Positions 23,601-34,200 of a DNA stretch of 64,000 nt are shown here, in pieces. The stretch is from Balanoglossus misakiensis (Eukaryota; Animalia; Hemichordata). The position numbers and the translations under genes are program-made. A model generated the notes under the pieces. The model saw nothing but the letters and a program-made list of their open reading frames with translations. It made no database searches and was not told the DNA's origin. The DNA lies in the NCBI GenBank assembly GCA_040954595.2, contig CM082581.2:620001-684000 (forward strand), in the 5' to 3' direction. Within the stretch, counting starts at the first letter, position 1. Each line of letters opens with the position of its first letter.

Positions 23601-24481
23601 CAGAAAATGATACGCTTACGTACAAAGATATCGCTGATAAATCCCCAAACGTGCTACCCACTAAACGCGACGTGGTCAGTCACACCGCGTCACTGTATGA
23701 CCCGCTGGGTCTACTTTCACCCGTGCATGTCAAAGCAAAACTACTCATCCAAGAAATATGGAAAGCCGATGTACATTGGGATGAGCCCCTCGAGGAAACC
23801 ATATCAAACGCATGGTGTACAATCGCTGATAATTTGAATCAAAGCGCCAATACTACATTGAACCGGCAATATTTTCCTGAGACTGCCAAGCCAGTCAATA
23901 CCGACTGCGAACTACACGTTTTCGCTGACGCTTCAATGAAAGCTTACGGTGCTGTTGTTTACCTAAAGAAAGATAACGAAACCGCACTTGTCATGGCTAA
24001 AAACCGCGTGGCTCCAATCAACAACAAGACACTGACTTTGCCCAGATTGGAGCTGATGGCCGCTGTTATCGCCACTCGACTGAGTAAATTCGTGTGCGAC
24101 GCGCTGTCTTCAAAATACAACTTCACAAAACGCGTTCTTTGGTCAGATTCGCAGATCGTACTACATTGGATAAATAGCGATAAAAAGCTGCCTATCTTCA
24201 CAGCAAACAGAGTGAAGGAAATAAAAGATTTCCCACACGACTACAAATACTGTCCAACCGCCTACAATCCCGCTGATCTTCTTACACGCGGAATTTCTGC
24301 TGAAGAGCTGAATAAGTCTGAACTCTGGTGGAAAGGACCAGAGTGGTTGCCAACGAAAGATAGTTGGCCTATCTGCCATCTGTTTGACTCCCCATTGTTC
24401 GAGGAACAAACTGATACAATCGCGAACTTTGGTGAGGTCACGACTGAGGAAAACGATACTTCAGTCCACCACCATAGCTAG
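20657..24481 (+). CDS. Inner BEL gag-protease-RT-RNase H polyprotein
   Basis: 1275-aa ORF in the track (first ATG at 20657): LPKLEL..F.G (DUF1759-like), three BEL-type Cys/His knuckles (CVYC..H...C, CYNC...H....C, CRHC...HHTSLH), LFDEGA protease, IYVDD RT, FADAS RNase H. Confidence 0.93.
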   Translation: MSINAEQPAVQNPLPDLKKRRTVCRSQLTKAFNKAEGEIAQYNDSNDEADKSQVYATIKATYALVLTRYSRLAAIDEQIFNNTPDPETDRDVEETGDYEVTISERKELIGQFIETHQHDFTTIRNAAVSTAESTRPVVAQRKTVQLPKLELQTFAGNTLKWVSFMDTFNASVHQDSSLSNVQKFTYLRSLVTDEAARSIEGLELTEANYANAIAILKERYGQTQTIISAHMKALWELPTPTADVTSLRQFYDTLESHVRGLDALGEKETSYGKLLIPMILEKLPTEVQQILARSRGEVPWDLPDLRKAVLCEIRARSVGNDSDVHRHPATIATFHSNSTTRGQRFSRSPNQQRPCVYCKGTHSPNDCTVVSDAKSRMEIVRRDKLCYNCLGKHVVGKCISKYSCRHCQRKHHTSLHQTDFVRNNRAGNQTESRSENGRQTERNKGHKVNNSANDRERRSSTSENTQVHFSSGSSALTGPVLLKTAKIPVSANNGTVINATVLFDEGANRTFVTESFADRVRANISRSESLNLAAFGNKHTRMRSMKKGTFDLHTIAGNKLPIDALLIPEISTGLKNHVDPYLLTLPYLQGLRFAHPVSNDGCYDIDILIGADYYWSFVGNEIIRGQGPTAVSSPFGYLLSGPKLTGKSTAAANVFHVITDTLNDNAITSYWDLESIGIKDNVSRTDTELTKEAEFEAYRDTHLRREDNHFVAKLPWKPDHDPLPTNFRVASNRTRAMIRRLPSDILTIYDKVIAEQEKQGFIERVENDNPERGHYLPHRHVKKDSATTPIRIVYDCSCKGDNTSPSLNDCLLTGPPLLNDLTSILLRFRANPIAIASDIEKAFLQIRLEPHDRKFTKFLWLSNASDLESEFVTFQFKSVLFGAVCSPFILNAVVKTQLEANPEIPAASDLKRDIYVDDVISGCASETEAKTYYAESNKLMDSCGFNLRSWSSNNDSVRTLAENDNKLNPSPRVNTLGMQWNTENDTLTYKDIADKSPNVLPTKRDVVSHTASLYDPLGLLSPVHVKAKLLIQEIWKADVHWDEPLEETISNAWCTIADNLNQSANTTLNRQYFPETAKPVNTDCELHVFADASMKAYGAVVYLKKDNETALVMAKNRVAPINNKTLTLPRLELMAAVIATRLSKFVCDALSSKYNFTKRVLWSDSQIVLHWINSDKKLPIFTANRVKEIKDFPHDYKYCPTAYNPADLLTRGISAEELNKSELWWKGPEWLPTKDSWPICHLFDSPLFEEQTDTIANFGEVTTEENDTSVHHHS

Positions 24482-26312
24482 TCTACCCTCCGAAGGGGTA
24501 CGTTCTGTATTGCCTGCTGTCAACGATGACTACGCCGTTCATCGCGACCTGCCGCACAATGAACCGTACACACGCGAGTCTCCACAAATATATTCGCCGT
24601 CAGAAATTGTCGCACCGAGCGAGATTCCCGTTGGAATTCAACATGCTATTGACGCATCGAACTACAGTTCTCTAAACAAACTCCTTCGAGTTACTGCATA
24701 TGTTCGCCGCTTTGTGTCTATACTGAAACACAGAAGCGATGTACCGCGCGGACAGATCACAGCTGACGAGATCAATGAATCAGAAATCATATGGATCAAA
24801 GAAATCCAGAGCGACACATACCGCGATACCATAAATTCGCTACGTGGTCAAAACAAGAAATACGGTCCGTTAGTAAGACAGCTGAAACTTTTCATCGATG
24901 ATGACGAAATTCTACGCTGCGGGGGACGCATACATAACGCACCGGTAAATTTCGCCACCAAGTTCCCCATCCTACTGCCCAATGGTCATCATTTTACCGA
25001 TCTGATTATTCGACATGATCATATCCGTCTCAAACACGGTGGAACTCAATCCGTCATCACGTCACTACGACAACGCTACTGGATACCGCGGATTCGACGC
25101 GCAGTGAAGTCTATCGCGCGCAAATGTGTAATTTGTCGACGGGTTGATGGCAAACCGTATCAAAAGCCATTAACTGCACCATTACCGGACTATCGTGTAA
25201 ACATGGTGCCACCGTTCACGGTAACGGGAGTTGATTTCACAGGAGCCTTATTCGTCAAAACAACAGACAGGAAAGAAATGAAATGTTACGTGTGCTTGTT
25301 TACATGCGCAGTAACACGTGCAGTCCATCTTGAACTTGTGCCAGACCTGAGCACTCACTCCTTTATGATGGCATTTCGACGTTTCGCAGCACGGCGATCT
25401 CTACCTACGAAAATGTTATCGGACAATGCTTCAACATATCTTTCTGCTGCTGACGAACTCCGTGATTTATTCGAGTCAGCTGAAGTCAAGAAAGAACTTT
25501 CTGAACATCGCGTCACTTGGACCTTCATACCAAAACGCGCACCCTGGTATGGTGGGTTTTGGGAACGTTTAATTGGCCTGACGAAGACCGCGATCAAAAA
25601 AGTACTAGGTCGCTCGTTTATCACGTTCGAAGAACTACGCACACTTCTCGCGGAAATTGAAGCGACACTCAATGATCGACCTTTGACCTATGTGTCTACA
25701 ACTGAGGATGACCCGGTTGCCTTGACTCCGTCACATCTACTGAACGGTCGACCATTAACGCCTCTACCGAACTTACCTGTGGACCTTGATGAATACAATG
25801 ATCCATCATATGGAAACCACAACACACTCAATGAGCGACACCGTCATTTGTGTCATCTTCTGTCTGACTTTTGGAAGAGATGGTCTACCGAATACCTCAC
25901 CGCCCTCAGAGAGCGACATCAACTGACTGCCACTGGTACAAAAACCAATTCTATTCAGGTTGGTGACATAGTACTTGTACACAGTGATGTGGACAAACGA
26001 ATGAAATGGAGAATGGCCAAAGTTCTCAAACTTTATTACGGGAACGATGGTCTGGTAAGATCTGCAGAAATCAAGACATCATCGGGTAAAACCAATCGAC
26101 CAATCCAGAAACTTTACCCGCTGGAGGTGCAGTCACCCAACTGTGAGGAAACTACGGACGATCGTCCTGAACACGACGTTCCTGCGTTCACTCAAGGAGG
26201 AGTGGATCGCGAAGACACAACGCAACCAGACGACCATCGAAGTGTTCGTCCAAAACGGAAAACAGCCATCGCTGCCCGACAACTGATCCAGAGTTGTATC
26301 AAGGACTTATGA
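24384..26312 (+). CDS. Inner BEL integrase, in the +1 frame relative to the upstream ORF
   Basis: H...HGG...CVIC zinc finger, GVDFTG, SDNA, GGFWERLI, FWKRW..EYL. Overlaps the end of ORF1 and has no obvious ATG of its own. Confidence 0.9.
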   Translation: MTPHCSRNKLIQSRTLVRSRLRKTILQSTTIASLPSEGVRSVLPAVNDDYAVHRDLPHNEPYTRESPQIYSPSEIVAPSEIPVGIQHAIDASNYSSLNKLLRVTAYVRRFVSILKHRSDVPRGQITADEINESEIIWIKEIQSDTYRDTINSLRGQNKKYGPLVRQLKLFIDDDEILRCGGRIHNAPVNFATKFPILLPNGHHFTDLIIRHDHIRLKHGGTQSVITSLRQRYWIPRIRRAVKSIARKCVICRRVDGKPYQKPLTAPLPDYRVNMVPPFTVTGVDFTGALFVKTTDRKEMKCYVCLFTCAVTRAVHLELVPDLSTHSFMMAFRRFAARRSLPTKMLSDNASTYLSAADELRDLFESAEVKKELSEHRVTWTFIPKRAPWYGGFWERLIGLTKTAIKKVLGRSFITFEELRTLLAEIEATLNDRPLTYVSTTEDDPVALTPSHLLNGRPLTPLPNLPVDLDEYNDPSYGNHNTLNERHRHLCHLLSDFWKRWSTEYLTALRERHQLTATGTKTNSIQVGDIVLVHSDVDKRMKWRMAKVLKLYYGNDGLVRSAEIKTSSGKTNRPIQKLYPLEVQSPNCEETTDDRPEHDVPAFTQGGVDREDTTQPDDHRSVRPKRKTAIAARQLIQSCIKDL

Positions 26313-26499
26313 ACAATCTGGACGATTCTATGACATTGAACATTAGTGTCAGAACTTTTCGCACATTTTTTGCTGTGTTTGTTTCAGTGTTAGATTTCGA
26401 CAACTTTTCCCATCGATATTCATTCGACGATTTCGTACATTGACTCTTGCCTGTTAAAATGACTTTCAGTCGGATTTTCACTTTGGGCCCGCCGGAGAA

Positions 26500-26852
26500 T
26501 ATCGTAAAGTTTGGGAAAAGGAAATATCTTTGTTGATTTTACATGTTGTTTTCTCGTATTTGTAGTGCTTGAGCTTGATGCAAAAACCGGATTTGGTTGA
26601 GTTTTAATTTATGCATTACCGGTGAAACTGACGTCAAATGTAGCAAAATCCTACGGTTTGAGCCAATCAGTGCTCATGGGTTTCCCGCGTCCGATGGACT
26701 ATTTTGGGAGCTGACATTCTGGAATTTTCGAGTTCAGTGTTGTTTTGAAAACTCTGCGAGTCGCACGCATCGCAGTACTGTTCTGTACCAGTTCGTGCTT
26801 TCACGGAAGTCCGATATAAAGAGCTTTGCTCAATAAATTCACCCCCACAATA
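26500..26852 (+). repeat. 3' LTR of inner BEL element
   Basis: Identical by eye to 20270-20622; followed by TSD CTGTG. Confidence 0.95.
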
Positions 26853-29800
26853 CTGTGTCCACGGCAAGTACTGATTTTAAGAAATCATCCACGTAGAAAT
26901 TTCTGTAGACAGCATCTATGATGTCCGAGTCGAAGTTACTTCTATTGTCATCAGCTGTTCTCCGGAGGGCGTATGCTGAACAACTAGGTGATGATGTCGC
27001 GCCAAACAAATGAACAAGCATTTGATGATCGACGGGCTCCTTCGTGAGGTCACCGTTAGGCCACCATAGGAATCGCAGGACATCACAATCTTCGGGGTCG
27101 ACATGAACTTGGTGAAACATTTGCTTGATATCAGCAACCACTGCAACAGGATACTGACGGAACCGTAGCAAGACTCCAACCAAGGAATTGGTCAAATCCG
27201 GACCCTGCAGGAGTTGATCGTTCAGTGAAGTTCCTCCACATTTGGCAGCACAATCGAAGACGACTCTCACCTTTTCTGGTTTCATGGGATGCGTCACCGG
27301 ATGATGAGGTAGGTACCATAACCATCTATCGTCTTCTTTGTTTTCATCAGATACTTCTTTTGCATGACCTTGTACAATATAGTCTTGTATAGTTGTACTG
27401 TACTTTTCATGGAGATCTGGATCTTTAAGTAGACGTCTTTTGAGTAGGTTGAGTCGTTTCTCAGCTACATGCCTGTTATTTGGTAAGGCTGGTTCTTCAA
27501 ATTTCCAAGGTAGCTTCAACTGATAGTGGCCATTTTGTAGACGGACAGATCGATCCTTTATCGCCTTTGCCCTTCGGTCTTCTAATGACATGCATTCTTT
27601 AGTATCCACTAGATTTTCGTTGAAGTCGGCATTGTACATCCTTTCCAATTGTGATGAAATGGACTCCATACCTTTGATAGAAGTATCACTGTCGATGATC
27701 TGGTCCATATTGATAAAGTTGATTGATGAGTTGGTTTCTTTCTTTCCTTTCATCGGCCCAATCAACGTCCATCCAAGTAATGTTCGGATTGCGTATGGTT
27801 GTTTTCTCCCGGCACGTCTTTCCTCCAGGACCCAGTGTGCTTCTGGAATGTCGTTACCGATCAGGATTGTGACTTCCTTGTTCTGCAATTCTGGTAATTC
27901 AACATCCTTCAGATGAGACCATTCCTTCGTATCCTCTGCTGTTGGTATACTGTTTGCCGTTATGGGAAGTTTGTCCGTCGTCCATACCTTATCAAGATGA
28001 ACACTTTGATTTCTATGTAGACCTCGTACATCTAATTTAACTTCACGTCCATACTTCTTCGTTTCAGCATCAAGTGTGGAAAGTGTATATGTAATGGGTT
28101 GTCCACCCAAACCAAGTCTGTCTGCTAGAGATGAGAGACATATTGTTGTGTCTGAACCATTGTCCAGGAATGCATAAGTTTCAATCTCTGCTCCTCCCTC
28201 CACTCCACTTACTCGGACTGGTACAACTTGTAGGCTGATACGTGGCTTGTTTGTCCTGGTTGCTTTACAATGAACGGTGTTACCGGCCCCATTGGTTACT
28301 TCAGAATTCCCGTCACTTTTCTCGTCTTTATTCTTCCCAAGACGTGTTGTGGGTGGAGCTGGTCTACCACTTCCACTGGGATACACTTCATTTGACGACT
28401 GGCTAGGATGTGACGATACTGGGTGTAGTAATGGGTGGTGAAGTCTTCCACAGTCAGTTACTGGACAAAACAATCCACTTTTGCAGTTTTTAGCGAAGTG
28501 TCGAGGGGTTGCTTCCAGACAACAATCACAGAGGTTCTGTTTTCGCACAAACGTTTTCTTCTCCATGAACGACTTCCTGGCAAACTTCCGGCATCTCTGC
28601 AGTTGGTGTTGTCCTTGGCAGAAAAGACATCTAATTTCTCTCTTGGATTGGCAGTAGGGTTTGTCTTGCGTCTTGCCGTACATTTCATGACTTACTTGTG
28701 TGGTCAAAGTAGTAGCCTTGGTGAATTGTTTGACCCTGGACTTTACGTCTCTCTCTGGTTCTGGTTTTGATCCAACCAACATCCCGAATCTTGTATTGGC
28801 CAAGGCTGCTCGCTTCTCCAAAAACGCTGTCAGATGGATGAATTCTGGTTCAATACCGGAGTAAATCATTCTTCCAGCTTCTTTTGCCCAATCTGCTTGT
28901 AGAAATGTAGGTAGGCGTCTCACTATCTTCTCCAATGTATCCATGGAGTTCAGATCAGCGGTGTATTTCATTTGGCTGGAACACATATGACAATTATTCA
29001 TGTCACGTGCCAACTGTAGCAACTTTGATGTGTCCGTGGCCTTGATCTGTGGTCCCTTGACGACTTTGTCTATGGTTGCATGGACGATCGTGTGTTTCTG
29101 GCCGAAATTCTGGTATAATATTTTCCTTGCTTCAGTGTAACCTTGTTCTGGAGGTAGAATCACACAGTTCTTGATTGCTTCTTTGGCTGGTCCAGTGCAG
29201 TATTGGATGAGATAAGCCAATCTAGTGCCATCATCGGTTGTTCCCTTTACAATGTTTATCTCAAAATTTCTGGTGAACGTGGGGTACACTACTGGGTCAC
29301 CATTAAACGATAGGAATTCCCGCTTCGGCAAATTCAAACTAGTTACAAGTGCTTGCCTGGCTTCACTCTGTTGTCTTATCATACTCTGTAGGATTTCGTG
29401 TTGCCCATCCCGCAATGGACTTGGTTCATTTCTATAAAGTTGTTCCCCAATATTGTGGTCCACGGGCTGCCATTCTGGTGCATTCGGATTTAATGCTGCC
29501 ACATTGCCCTCCAACTGTTTCACATTTTCGGACAGCGGTCTCTCTTTAAGCAAAGTTGTTGTTGTGTTGAACTGGGAAACTTCTACTGGGGGACCACTCG
29601 ACAATACATGGGGGTGATAATCTTGAAAAGACTGGAAATACCTGTCAATCTTCTCACTTGGACTGGTCATCCTTGCTTCACTTGTATCAACAAAATATTC
29701 TTTGGAATGAAACGAAGTTCCCTCTTCTGCTAATTCAGCCTTCATTTCAGCCTGTTTTAACTTCTGTTGAACGTCTAGAATCTTCAATGTTGACTGCATC

Positions 29801-30549
29801 TTTATTTCTTCTTCTCGAAGTCGCAGATCACGAAGCTTGGCTTTGGCTTCTTCTTCTTGCTGTATCTTTTCAAGTTCAAGCTGGGTTTCCAATATCTTCC
29901 TTCTTGCAATTCTTGAAGCTCGACTTGCCTTTGAACTCGATAAAGAACATATATTACTTGTCTGCCGGTTACCATTTCCCTAAGACGTTTGACTATGTGA
30001 TTTCTTTTTTACAGATTTTACCTGGTCCTTGGTAGAGTGACGTGAATTTTTGGAAGCCGCTGAACCGTTGACATCATCCTCTTGTGAAGCTGGTGGCACT
30101 TCTGGCTCCAACCCACGTGACGGAGTTGTTATCGTGATTCGATGAGACGAAATCCAGTTCTTCAGGCGTTGTTCCAGACACTCTTTTCTGTTAACTTCAG
30201 ATTCGTGTTCAAGTCGTACACTTTCTTGTTCGGACCTTGAAAGATGTTTCTGATATTCATAACAAGTATTTGTATATGAAGTAAAAATCCTATCCAAGTC
30301 TTCTTTCTTTTTGGTAACTGCTTGGTAGTCAGGCGACGACATTAACATGGTCTCTACATCCATGTAAATACGTGTCATATGGCCGCGGTAAGCGATAATT
30401 GATCTCCTTAATTTGAGAACTAAATCAATCGGCTTACCGGCTTTTTCTTCTCTTGTTGAGCTAGCTGTTTTTGATGAACTGCTACTCTTGACGGAGACAG
30501 GGCCTGGTGCTGCTGGAACGTGGAACATCTCGTCGTTTCCAGTTGCCAT
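26853..30549 (-). pseudogene. Outer BEL/Pao gag-protease-RT N-terminal part
   Basis: ATG at 30549. ORFs 29980-30549 and 26839-29892 share a frame and are separated by one TAG. Knuckles CLFC..H...C, CDCC..H...C and C...C...HHPLLH; LDNGSD protease; FYVDD. After removing the nested element the frame continues ...VDT/AKRLITEV. Confidence 0.92.
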
Positions 30550-30615
30550 GACTTTCTAATGTATCTGCTAGTACACGGTTACACCAGGTTTCAGTCCAAC
30601 GTCATCTGAGAACTA

Positions 30616-31273
30616 TGTAGGATCCAATTCCTACTTGCATGGGCCCCTGGAGTACACACTCTGGACACTCGTGTTGTATAAAAATTCCCCTTTTATTTTA
30701 CTCTCTACGAGGAGCAAACTGTTCGGTGCATACAAAATAGACCGTGCACGACGTAATAACACGGTTCTAATACTGGTATAACACTGGTATAACACGGGTA
30801 CAACACGGTTCTGTATAACCAAATACATAGACGAAATAAATTCAAGTAAGTATTCAAAGGTAAATGTAAAATACCGATACAGAAGTTCAAACTCAATTAC
30901 AAAGCAAATTCCAAAAATACAGCGTTTACAGGTAAGTAAATTCAAATCAATTCTACTCAATCGCTCAAAATTAATGGTTTATAAATGAAGTAGTCTGCGT
31001 CCTGGATAGTCGCTGCTTCTGTTGAAAGACCGCTCTGTATCGCTAAATAAAACAGGTAAGTCTTACCTCAGATGGTGACGCTTTTAGGGGCTCAAAAAGC
31101 ATGCAGTGCAGTGGTCACAAACATGTAGCCTAGAAGGCCTGACGATGAAATGAAAACTTGCACACTGGCGAGGTGCCAATTTATAGTGAAAAGGAAATTT
31201 GCATATTGGATAACCACTATGTGCATGTGCACCTGCACACACAGCCATCCAATCAGGGAGGACTGCACTTACA
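30616..31273 (-). repeat. Probable 5' LTR of outer BEL element (no partner copy)
   Basis: Minus strand begins TGTAAG at the satellite junction. Candidate end CCTACA at 30616 gives TGTA...TACA termini, with AATAAA ~80 nt before it and gag ATG ~66 nt after. The inner boundary is inferred. Confidence 0.6.
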
Positions 31274-34200
31274 CCGGCTCTATATGACACAGACTGGCGT
31301 AAGTTATCAACGGTGATTACGTCGGATTTCCTACGGCCTGGTTTAGCTGAAGCTAAAGACGTTGGCTAAGTCGGGCAAACCGAAGAGGGAAAGTCACAGC
31401 GGTTCAACACTTGACATTTGTTCGGGTAGGACTGCATTATTGCCTGTCAATTTCTAGAGAAAGCCCGAATTTAACCAGGGCGTTTCAAACACCGACGTTA
31501 GTTGGGGGCACGGCCTGCAGTACTGCCGGGTAAGCTGACATCGGCGTACCGCATATAATGTAGGGGGGGGGGGGGGTGGAACAGAACGGTTCAATACTAC
31601 ATTTATTAGATATCAGCTAATTTTGGACAATTTAATACAAAATTGCGTTTTAATCTTTTTTGCACCAAAAAGGTCATTTTTAGGCAAAACATTCTTTATT
31701 TTTTAATTCGGTGACCTGATCATATATAAACAATTGCTTGTATGTTAAAAGTTTTTATGACTTTTAAAAGCAGTGACACTTGCGGCATTCAACACGAAAA
31801 TAACAATTTTAGCCACAATTTGGTCAAAATGGTAAATTTTTGAAAATTACAAAAAATACCTGTTTTCTACATTTTCGGAAATCTGATGGAGTATAGAATG
31901 CTCTTCGTATATATATATCGTTACAAATTCCACAAAAGACCGTCTAATTTGGCTCACTTCAGACAAAATTGCGTTTTACCAAATTTTCCTTGAAAATGTC
32001 ATTTTTAGAAAAAAAAATAAAAAAACCTTTGTTCTTCGAATTTGGTGCCCTGATCATATATGACATGTTGATTGTATGTTAAAACTTTCGACAACTCCAA
32101 AAATGCAGAGATATTGACGGAATTCAAGAAAAAATAGCCATTTTGGCCATATTTTGACAAAAATGGTAAATTTTTAAAAAATCATAAAAAATAAACTCTT
32201 TTCTTCATTTTCGGAAATATTATGGAGCATGAAGTGTCGTTCTCTTGTAAAAAGTGCTGCAAATTCCAGAAAAGGTGGTATAATTTGAATCACCCAAGAC
32301 AAAATTACCATTTTCGACTTTTTTTTCGAAAAATTGTCTTTTTTACAAAATAAATAAGAATAAATTCTTTTCTTAGTTTCAAACGGGTAGAGATACTTTC
32401 CACACGGGTTTTCTAACATTGAATTCCCGTTCATCAACTCAGATTTCCTACAGCATAAGTCGGCTAAAACCCTGAAACTCTAGAGCAGAAACAGTTGCAC
32501 ACTGGTAACGTTGAACAAGTCGATTTTTCAACGGCCTGGCTCGGTTAAATCTCCGTCACAATATGACAGACACTAGCGTACGTTAGCAACGGTGATCAAG
32601 TTAGATTTTCTACGGCATGGCTTGGATAAAGCCCCGGCACTTTAGAGCGGAAACACGCGTACATTGACCACGATGATCAAGTCAGATCTCCTACGGCCTG
32701 GCTCGACTAAAACCCCGGCACACTATGACAGACACTAGCGTTCGTTAGCAACGTTGATCAAGACAGATTTCCTACGGCATGGCTTTGCTAAAGCCCTGAC
32801 ACTCTAGTGCAGAAACACGAGTACAGAGACCACGTTGATCTACTCACATTTCCTTCGGCCTGGCACGGCTGATGCCCCGGCACTATATATAGGACACAGA
32901 CTGGCGTAAGTTAACAACGGTAATCACGTCGGGTTTCCTACGGCCTGGCTCAGCTGAAGCCCCGGCACTCTAGAGCAGAAACAGGCGTACATTGACCACG
33001 TTGATCAAGTCAGATTTTCTACGGCGTGACTCGGCTGGTGCACCGGCTCTATATGACACAGACTGCCGTAAGTTATCAACGGTGATTACGTCGGATTTCC
33101 TACGGCCTGGTTTAGCTGAAGTCCCGGCACTTTAGAGCGGAAACACGCGTACATTGACCACGATGATCAAGTCAGATCTCCTACGGCCTGGCTCGACTAA
33201 AACCCCGGCACACCATGACAGACACTAGCGTTCGTTAGCAACGGTGATCAAGTTGAATTTCCTTCGGCCTGGCTCTGCAAAAGACCCGACACTCTAGTAC
33301 AAAGACGTTGGCTAAGTCGGGCAAACCGAACAGGGAAAGTCACAGCGGTTCAACACTTGACATTTGTTCCGGTAGGACTGCATTATTGCCTGTCGATTTA
33401 TAGAGAGAGCCCGAATTTAACCAGGGCGTTTCAAACACCGACGTTTGTTGGGGGCACGGCCTACAGTACTGCCGGGTAAGCTGACATCGGCGTACCGCAT
33501 ATAATGTAAGGGGGGGGGGGGAACAGAACGGTTCAATACTACATTTATTAGATATCAGCTAATTTTGGACAATCATCTAAAATGTAAATCATCTTTTCAT
33601 ATTTGGATATCTGATGATGTATGAAATTTCCATTATATGTAAAAATGGTGCTGATTATAAAAATGCAGTCTGAATGAGCTGATTTAATACAAAATTGCGT
33701 TTTATTCGTTTTTGCACCAAAAAGGTCATTTTTAGTCAAACATTCTTTATTTTTTTAATTCGGTGACCTGATCATATATAAACAATTGCTTGTATGTTAA
33801 AAGTTTTTATGACTTTTAAAAGCAGTGACACTGGCGGCATTCAACACGAAAATAACAATTTTAGCCACAATTTGGTCAAAATGGTAAATTTTTGAAAATT
33901 ACAAAACATACCTGTTTTCTACACTTTCGGAAATCTGATGGAGTATAGAATGGTCTTCGTATGTATATATCGATACAAATTCCACAAAAGACCGTCTAAT
34001 TTGGCTCACTGCAGACAAAATTGCGTTTTACCAATTTTCCTTGAAAATGTCATTTTAGAAAAAAAAATAAAAAACCTTTGTTCTTCGAATTTAGTGCCTG
34101 ATCATATATAACATGTTGATTGTATGTTAAAACTTTCGACCACTCCAAAAATGCAGAGATATTGACGGAATTCAAGAAAAAATAGCCATTTTGGCCATAT

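Larger units (their letters stand above)
20270..26852 (+). mobile_element. Inner BEL/Pao LTR retrotransposon, full length, recent
   Basis: Two 353-bp LTRs identical by eye; 5-bp TSD CTGTG (20265-20269 and 26853-26857); PBS after the 5' LTR; purine stretch GGAGAA before the 3' LTR; gag-PR-RT-RH-IN order. Confidence 0.97.
17651..31273 (-). mobile_element. Outer BEL/Pao LTR retrotransposon, decayed, 3' LTR missing, split by a nested element
   Basis: Minus-strand gag-PR-RT-RH-IN fragments. Satellite stops at ...TACGGCGTGA (17650) and resumes at CCGGCTCTATATG (31274) in the same monomer type. Confidence 0.93.

Noticed and set aside
17762-30035. Short antisense or overlapping ORFs in the BEL elements
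   Set aside because: Shadow frames of the long polyprotein ORFs with no recognisable motifs.
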